Positions 57,719-64,000 of a stretch of DNA of 64,000 nucleotides are shown piece by piece. The translations under genes were made by a program, and so were the position numbers. Where the stretch lies: assembly GCA_963836235.1 (NCBI GenBank), contig CAWIIP010000004.1:800001-864000 (forward strand), in the 5' to 3' direction. Source of the DNA: an uncultured Pseudomonadota bacterium (lineage in GTDB: Bacteria > Oederibacteriota > Muellerivitia > Muellerivitales > Muellerivitaceae). The notes beneath the pieces are model-generated. The model made no database searches and was not told the DNA's origin. It saw only the letters and a program-made list of their open reading frames with translations. Each line of letters opens with the position of its first letter. Position 1 is the stretch's first letter.

Positions 57719-59569
57719 ATGGAGAACTGGCGTCCTTGGTTATATCCCGACCTTAGTTTCGGGAGTTATTTTCGGAAATATCCATACGTATTCCTATTTA
57801 GCTTTATCTGCGCTTTTTGCTTTATTTTCAATATCGACACCCCCTGGTTCTTCCTCAATCCCAGCACCCGTCTCTCGAACGTAGGGCACTTCACTCCTTG
57901 GATCTACTGCTGTATGTTCGGGTTGCCTCTCTACTCATTCATTCACCTACTACTCAACAGCCCCAGGTTGAAGAACTTCAAGTTCCACGTAACTATCTAC
58001 ACCTTAGGGTTGGCCGTCCTGTTGGGGATGTTCTTTAGCTTGAGCGAGGGTGATCGGCTTTGGTCCGATTTTTTCCATCCTTTCTTATGGGTTTCCTTGA
58101 CCGCCTTTTTGTGGCCTCTCGTGGGCTGGGGCCTTTCAAAGGACGAAACCCACAGCTATTTTTGGAACTTCCTGGCGGGTCTGCTCAAGGCCTTTTTGGC
58201 CTTTTTCCTTTGTGTCGGAATGTTCCTATGGCTTAACAGGTTCTTCGGCGGTTTTTTGAACGGTAATTATTTAATCCCCGCCTGGGCCCGGAATTTTTTC
58301 AATGCCAATAATATCATCGGTCTGGCTTTGCAGGTCGTGACCCCCTTGGTCTTTCCCTGGTACATCCTTGGGAGCTTGGAAAAAACTTTGGGCACGGCCG
58401 GGGAAACGCAACCTGAGGGGATCCCTTTTGGGCGAAGGACAACCCTCGGGGTCTTAGGCCTGTTGGCGGTCGGGTTCCCCCTTGAATTTTGGAAAGTCAT
58501 CCAACAATTGCGTTCTCACCAATCCATCTATTTCTTCGATGAAAAAATGCTCTTGTTCCTATTCGCCTTGCTTTCCATCGGACTCTTGCAGGCGGGGAAA
58601 GTGAACTGGCCGGAAAAGTGGCTGGGGATCTATCCCAAGGTGGTATCCGGCCTTTCCCTTTTGTTGGTTCTCATTTCCGGATTCACTCTTCCGTTTAATT
58701 TGGGAAGGAATGATATAGCTGGGGTTTATTATTCGCTGATCTACATAGTTTGGTTCGGCTTGGTTTTTATTTATTTTTTCTTCCGTCCCCAGATGGGCTG
58801 GGTAAGGCCGCTCTTAACCCTGTGGGTGTTATTGCTCCTCACCCTGTGGGGCCCCTTGAGCCCGGCTAGTCTAGCCTTGAGGGATAATGAAAAAGGATTG
58901 AAAAATTACATGGTCCAGGCCGGCCTATTGAAAGACGGCCTACTGGTAAAGGCCCCGCCGCCGCAGGATCCGAAACACCCCCTGAACCAGGTCGTTTGGC
59001 GGCTTCAGGACTTATTTCGATGGGATGGATTGGACTGGCTGAAAGGTTCCTTTCCCCTTGAATTGCGGAAACTGGATTGGGACAAGGAAAAGGGCCTCGC
59101 CAACCTGCCCAAACTGATGGATTGGCTGGGCCTGCCCCTGATGAACGGCCAAACCAACGTAAACGAATACCAATCGTACTCCGTTCAATACAACCGGCGG
59201 GATCGGACGAAGCATTTTGGGCCTTACCAGCTTGTGGATTTCAACGCCTATCAAGGAGGCGGAGCGCCCAGTAATGCCCCTGAATTTTATCTCTCCCTGC
59301 CTAAGCCGAGCGAAAGCCTGGAGCTTTACGACAATGGAAAGTTGGCGGGCGTGATCCCATTGAAGAAGGTCTATGCCCATCTGGAAAAGTATGAGCGGGT
59401 CCATACCCAACGGAGCTTGGTTCTCCCCAAGGACATGGAATTAGAGTATGAAAATAAAAAAATACAGGTGGAGATCAATATCACTTATCTTCAGTTAAGG
59501 GTCCTCGAAGGGAAAGGTGTCATTCAATATTGTTCGGGGGAAATGCTGGTCAGGCGAAAAGGTCGATAG
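57719..59569 (+). CDS. Polytopic membrane protein, DUF4153-like
   Basis: Many TM segments, 'YFWNF', 'WGPLS..S', 'GLLKDG.LVK'; GGAGG RBS before ATG 57719. Confidence 0.65.
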   Translation: MENWRPWLYPDLSFGSYFRKYPYVFLFSFICAFCFIFNIDTPWFFLNPSTRLSNVGHFTPWIYCCMFGLPLYSFIHLLLNSPRLKNFKFHVTIYTLGLAVLLGMFFSLSEGDRLWSDFFHPFLWVSLTAFLWPLVGWGLSKDETHSYFWNFLAGLLKAFLAFFLCVGMFLWLNRFFGGFLNGNYLIPAWARNFFNANNIIGLALQVVTPLVFPWYILGSLEKTLGTAGETQPEGIPFGRRTTLGVLGLLAVGFPLEFWKVIQQLRSHQSIYFFDEKMLLFLFALLSIGLLQAGKVNWPEKWLGIYPKVVSGLSLLLVLISGFTLPFNLGRNDIAGVYYSLIYIVWFGLVFIYFFFRPQMGWVRPLLTLWVLLLLTLWGPLSPASLALRDNEKGLKNYMVQAGLLKDGLLVKAPPPQDPKHPLNQVVWRLQDLFRWDGLDWLKGSFPLELRKLDWDKEKGLANLPKLMDWLGLPLMNGQTNVNEYQSYSVQYNRRDRTKHFGPYQLVDFNAYQGGGAPSNAPEFYLSLPKPSESLELYDNGKLAGVIPLKKVYAHLEKYERVHTQRSLVLPKDMELEYENKKIQVEINITYLQLRVLEGKGVIQYCSGEMLVRRKGR

Positions 59570-59611
59570 TCTTGGGCTGGCCGAAAATCCGCTTAGTGAG
59601 GAGTGGTGGCC

Positions 59612-59639
59612 TGTCCACGACGGGGACCCGTCGTGGACA
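59612..59639 (+). repeat. 28-bp cassette-boundary site R5 (perfect arms)
   Basis: TGTCCACGACG-GGGACC-CGTCGTGGACA. Confidence 0.92.
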
Positions 59640-59668
59640 ACGAAACGGTACCTAAAAGACCTAACAAG

Positions 59669-60175
59669 GTGAATGATTTGGAAGCCAAACAGCATGATGA
59701 ATCCAAACAAGTGAAAGTTTTGTTCAGGACACCTGCCGAGAAGGACGAAGCTTTTGTGGAAACCCTCTGGGCTATTCCACAAGGTGGCGACCTCTACAAG
59801 TTAGATAACAACCCCATCTATCCTTATGGTGTTTCTTCCGGAGATATTGTCGAAGCGCCTTTCGATCCAGATGAACAGTTTCGAAAGTTTACAAAAGTCG
59901 TAATAAAATCTGGAAACAAAACGGTAAGAATTATTTTTGATAAAAAAGTTGAGGAATCAAAAGAGGATCAAGCAATTTTGGATAAGTTGGTTCAAATGGG
60001 TTGTGACTATGAGGGTTTGAACCAGATACATTTTTCTATAAATGTTCCCTCTTCAGCTAATTTTAAAGAAGTTTGCGAATTCCTAACGGCTTTAAAAATT
60101 CAATGGGAACATGCCGATCCGAGTTACGACGAACTTTATGGTGGAAAGAATAAAAAGTGGTGGTGGCCGTTTTGA
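59669..60175 (+). CDS. DUF4265-like protein
   Basis: ETLWA......YKLDN.P.Y.YGVS.GD.V, SGN.T.R, GC.YEG, S.NVP, WE.ADP; start GTG 59669 or in-frame GTG 59633 inside R5. Confidence 0.75.
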   Translation: MNDLEAKQHDESKQVKVLFRTPAEKDEAFVETLWAIPQGGDLYKLDNNPIYPYGVSSGDIVEAPFDPDEQFRKFTKVVIKSGNKTVRIIFDKKVEESKEDQAILDKLVQMGCDYEGLNQIHFSINVPSSANFKEVCEFLTALKIQWEHADPSYDELYGGKNKKWWWPF

Positions 60176-60178
60176 GGT

Positions 60179-60206
60179 TGTCCACAACGGGGACCCGGCG
60201 TGGACA
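60179..60206 (+). repeat. 28-bp cassette-boundary site R6
   Basis: TGTCCACAACG-GGGACC-CGGCGTGGACA, 3 bp after the stop codon. Confidence 0.9.
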
Positions 60207-60563
60207 GCGGACAGAGTGAATCAGAAAGGGATTTTATGAAACACAAACTGATGTTATTAGCTTTTTGTTTTATTATGTCACCAATATTTAGCGCTGATTC
60301 AACAAGTGGACAAAATTAACAATAAAATCGGTGTGGTCTGGCTTGAAATTCACTCCTTGTAAAGTTCGTGCAGTGGCCGCGATATCATTTCTTCGTTGCC
60401 ACGCTGAACTTCGACTTTCGTCCCAAATCTCGCTTACCCGCAGACCCTGGCTTTACACTCGGAAAAAATTCGGAGGGTGACCGCTTGACCATTACTAAAA
60501 GGATTTAGTTTAAGGACCAACTTTCGATTTTCCGATGGAAAGTTTTTTTCGATCGATGGTTTT

Positions 60564-60592
60564 TTGACTCCCCGCCGAAACTGGGGTTTAAT
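60564..60592 (+). promoter_or_regulatory. Sigma70 promoter of the LacI regulator
   Basis: TTGACT-17-TTTAAT. Confidence 0.5.
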
Positions 60593-60678
60593 CTATTGAG
60601 CCAACAGTAGGCACCTCGGTTTTTGCGACGGGTTTTTGTTCCAAAGTTAAAATTCCGATTATTCCGTTAGGAGAAAAA

Positions 60679-61737
60679 ATGCAGGTTACCATTTATGAAG
60701 TCGCCGAAAAGGCGGAAGTTTCCATCTCCACTGTTTCCCGTGTCATTAACAACAAGCCCAATATCCCCGAATACACCAAGCGCAGGGTCTTAAACGCCAT
60801 TGAAACCCTCAACTTCAAGCCCAATCTTATCGCGCGGGGCATGGCCTCCAAGAAGGTCAACCTGGTCGAGGTTTTTTTTTCCTGGCACAAGCAGAGCCCC
60901 TGGTTCACGGACCTCCTCCATGGAATCAATAAGGAGTTGCGGGAACAGGAATACGGCCTTCTCGTCAACACACTCGATGGGGCGGCTATTTTCAACCCCA
61001 AAGAAGTCCATCGAAGGCTCTTCCACAATGCCGTGGACGGAGTCCTGATGATCGCTCCTTATTTGGAGGAGAAGGATCTTCTTCTTTTGGCGGAAAGCGG
61101 CGTGCCGATAACCCTCATCGGGTACCGGTCGCAAAATAAAGCCATCAGTTTCGTTGACAGCGACAATATCAACGCGGCTTCAGCGGTGGTAAGCCATTTA
61201 TTCAAGTTAGGACACACTCATATTTCCTGCATTACCGGTCCTACGGAAACTTCGCCCAACGCCGCCGACCGTCTCGAGGGATATCGGCAGGCCATGGTCC
61301 GGCATCAATTGAAAATTCCGGGCAGTTACGTAATAGGGGGGGATTTTGTCCGGCAGACGGGTAAGGAAGCGATGCAGAAGCTTTTGGCCCTGCCCATGAG
61401 ACCGACAGCTGTTTTTGCCTGCAACGATGAAATGGCCTTAGGGGCTTGGCACGCCCTCCAAGAAGCGGGGTTGACCGTTGGAAAAGATATGGCCCTGGTG
61501 GGTTTTGACGACATGTTCGAGGCCAGTAAGGCGCCTTATTCCCTAACCACGGTGCGACAGGATTGGATGAACATGGGAGTGAAAGGGGTCCGGATTTTGA
61601 TGGATAAGATTCGGCAAAAGGGGCATGGGGAATCGCAACAGGTTCTCGTCCCCGGGAAGTTGGTTGTGCGCGGTTCCTGCGGATTTCCGGTCCAAAGCCC
61701 CAAAAGGAAAGTCGCCCAGCCGCTCCTGAAACCTTGA
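60679..61737 (+). CDS. LacI family transcriptional regulator
   Basis: TIYEVAEKAEVSISTVSRVIN, F.PN..AR, PTAVFACNDEMA, VGFDD, LTTVRQ. Confidence 0.96.
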   Translation: MQVTIYEVAEKAEVSISTVSRVINNKPNIPEYTKRRVLNAIETLNFKPNLIARGMASKKVNLVEVFFSWHKQSPWFTDLLHGINKELREQEYGLLVNTLDGAAIFNPKEVHRRLFHNAVDGVLMIAPYLEEKDLLLLAESGVPITLIGYRSQNKAISFVDSDNINAASAVVSHLFKLGHTHISCITGPTETSPNAADRLEGYRQAMVRHQLKIPGSYVIGGDFVRQTGKEAMQKLLALPMRPTAVFACNDEMALGAWHALQEAGLTVGKDMALVGFDDMFEASKAPYSLTTVRQDWMNMGVKGVRILMDKIRQKGHGESQQVLVPGKLVVRGSCGFPVQSPKRKVAQPLLKP

Positions 61738-62241
61738 TCGAGGGGATATTCCGCATTTTTTGTAAGTTTACCCATAAGGTGTTTTTCGTTGGTGCTTTTC
61801 TCGCCCAGCGCCTCCTTTTCTTAAATTGCGTTTAAAACTTTAATCATCTTTATGATTCGGCGGCCCAGCCATGATAAAGATGACGATGACGGCGAGTGCG
61901 TGTGACGTGGCGGGAGAACTGATATCGTGGTCCTGAACTTGAACGATCTCTACGCCACCTTCGTGCAGAAACAGACTTCCAAAATTGTACTTCAGCGGTA
62001 ATGGAAACTTTCTAAAAACCCCCTCTCAAAAATTTTGAGCATTTGACGTCAGAGCTTTCTAGAAGTTAGATTTCTATTTTTTGCCATTTTCATAAAAGCG
62101 TTTTCGCAGAGATAGCAAAACAAGGTTTTTGTGTGGAGGCGTGACTTTTAACTTTTCGTGGCGGCTTACCAAAGGCTACCCTCTGTGAAATAGACTTTTT
62201 TTCTTCGTCATGAGGGAAGAATTTGGATAAGGAATGGGATT

Positions 62242-62685
62242 GTGAAGCAAAAGTGGTCAAAAGAAAAAATTGTTGAAACTATCCGAGAATTGCGAAAACA
62301 GAATATCGACATCTCCGCGGGTAACATTTCAAAAAATTATATTCCCCTTTTCATGGCTGTTTGTTCCAAACGCTACTTTTCCAGTTGGGGGAGCGCGGTA
62401 ACCGCTGCCGGCATTGATTATGAGCAAATAATGGAGGCGGGGCAAAAGCGCCGCCTTCAAAAATTAAGGAAATGGTCAAAAGAAAGGATACTGGAGGAAA
62501 TCCGCGGAACAGGTTTCCGGGAATTGGTGAAAACTTATCGGGACCGGTTGCCACTCTATTCAGCCGCACGAAAGGAATTTGGAAACTGGCATCTGGCCCT
62601 GGCGGCTGCGGGTTACCAACTCGCGAAGGGGACTTATAAAAACTCAAAGCGGATTAATTCGGCTAAGAAAAAGGAAATCCATTGA
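62242..62685 (+). CDS. Small basic protein with two homing-endonuclease-associated-repeat-like units
   Basis: Two repeats of KWSKE.I.E.IR ... F.SW/NW..A..AAG. Confidence 0.6.
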   Translation: MKQKWSKEKIVETIRELRKQNIDISAGNISKNYIPLFMAVCSKRYFSSWGSAVTAAGIDYEQIMEAGQKRRLQKLRKWSKERILEEIRGTGFRELVKTYRDRLPLYSAARKEFGNWHLALAAAGYQLAKGTYKNSKRINSAKKKEIH

Positions 62686-63234
62686 TTGGCAGAAAAAAAG
62701 AAAACATCCAACTTGTTCTTCCGAAAAAATTGGACTACTTTTTTTCAAAGGGATGATTCGCGACCGTGAAAGGAATCCCTGAAAAGGGGATTCACATCCT
62801 GTTAAAACCCAAAGTTTTATGGGCGGCATCGGCCACCCGTCCGCGGCTTGGGTGATGAGGTCCCCCTGGGTCGAAGCCCCCAGTTGAGACCCACGGTTTG
62901 GTTGTGCCAATTCCAAAGGGGAATTGGCCCCATGGGATGATGACTGTGGTGAACTTGCCGAATCCGCTTCCGGCGCGGAGGGGTGTATCATTTGGGTTCC
63001 GTCGGGCGTCATCTCGTTAAATCCGGCGACCTTATCCGTCCCGCCCGGCTTATGGAAAAAAATGATCCTGGCCGCCACGGGTTTTTTGGATATAAGCATT
63101 TCAGGTAGTTTTTGGATGAAACTCCACCTATCTTTTGCGTCCGCGGAAAAGATCAAATATAGAAAAGATATCTTACGTTATCATAAAACCCATCTTCCCC
63201 CAGACAATTCAAAGCTTTTCGATATAATGTGCCC

Positions 63235-64000
63235 ATGAAAAATTCAGCCAAGCGCTCCAAAAAAAAATTAGGCCCCATCCGCATCGGGGTGATCGGCCTG
63301 GGCCAGATCGCCCTGAAGGCCCATCTTCCTGGTTACGCCAAAACAGAAGGTTGCCTGCTGACCGCAATTTATTCGCAAAGGGAAGCCCACGCCAAGCAGG
63401 TGGCGATGCAATATGGAATCCCTCATATCTATAAGGATTGGCGGCGTCTTTTGGAGTCAGACCACGTTGATGCTGTCTCCATTTGCACCCCGAATTTCAC
63501 CCATGCCCCCATCTCTTTAAAGGCCTTTCGGGAGGGCAAGCACGTGATGTTGGAAAAGCCAATGGCCCTTACCCGGGCCGAGGCGCTGGACATCATTCGG
63601 GCGGCGAAAAAAGCGGCCGGGTTTTGATGATTCACCACAATATGCGGTTCGATCCGGCGGTTCGGACGGCCGAGAAGTTGTTTCGGAAAAACATTATCGG
63701 CGACATTATCGCTTTTCGGGGGGCCTTGACCCACCGGGGGCCGCAAGCCTGGAGCCCTAAAGCCACTTGGTTTTTCAACAATTCAAAATCAGGCGGAGGG
63801 GCCCTGATGGACCTGGGACCCCATGTCTTTGACAGCCTCAGTTTTCTGCTGGGGGAATCCTTGGTTATGGCAGGGGCGGTGGGGGTATCGGGGAAGGGAA
63901 TCAGCGTCGGGAAGGGGATACCCCAAACCCAGGACGAGATCCATTGCGCCTGCACGCTTCGGGTTAAAACCGGGGCGATCGGGACGGCGACCGTGGGCTG
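63235..64000 (+). pseudogene. Gfo/Idh/MocA oxidoreductase, frameshifted near 63607-63627, running off the window edge
   Basis: GVIGLGQIA, ICTPN..H, GKHV.LEKP in the first frame; HNMRF and GGGALMDLG.H continue in the -1 frame. Confidence 0.75.

Noticed and set aside
54528-60206. 28-bp palindromic repeats as a CRISPR array
   Set aside because: Intervals are 0.5-1.9 kb and contain whole genes; no uniform 30-40-bp spacers and no cas genes in the window.
54528-60206. Repeats as classical attC sites or intrinsic terminators
   Set aside because: Too short, no RYYYAAC/GTTRRRY boxes, no U-tracts; several copies have mismatched inner stems while the core stays invariant.
62644-63156. 170-aa minus-strand ORF
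   Set aside because: No recognisable motif or RBS and it overlaps the neighbouring gene end; may be real but cannot be supported.

Overview
Bacterial chromosomal window. My tentative guess is a diderm candidate-phylum organism such as FCPU426, inferred only from the style of the PT-repeat secreted proteins and their C-terminal domain. 0.6-12 kb: housekeeping genes (csp, bshB1, recA, AsmA-like, MFS, metallophosphoesterase, mazG) and a membrane protein with two degenerate Mrr-like domains. 12-22 kb: a fabG/fabF-bioF-bioD-bioA biotin cluster interrupted by inserted genes (vapBC, dinJ-yafQ-type TA, NTase-like and GIY-YIG-like ORFs), palindromic elements and duplicated bio gene ends. 22-37 kb: GT39-like gene, rimO-pgsA-pgpA-cinA-thpR, M24 peptidase, TPR-PBP fusion, rmuC, MBL-cNMP protein. 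37-54.5 kb: giant secreted Thr/Pro-rich proteins (expansin-like, DUF11, GH116) with a shared C-terminal sorting-like domain, plus a GH18. 54.5-60.3 kb, the best novelty candidate: co-oriented unrelated genes separated by six directly repeated 28-bp sites with 11-6-11 geometry (TGTCCACGACG-GGGACC-CGTCGTGGACA). This looks like a non-attC gene-cassette system; no recombinase is present in the window. The window ends with a LacI regulator, an HNH-repeat-like protein and a frameshifted Gfo/Idh/MocA gene. No rRNA, tRNA or CRISPR array was recognised. All family calls come from motif recognition, not database searches.
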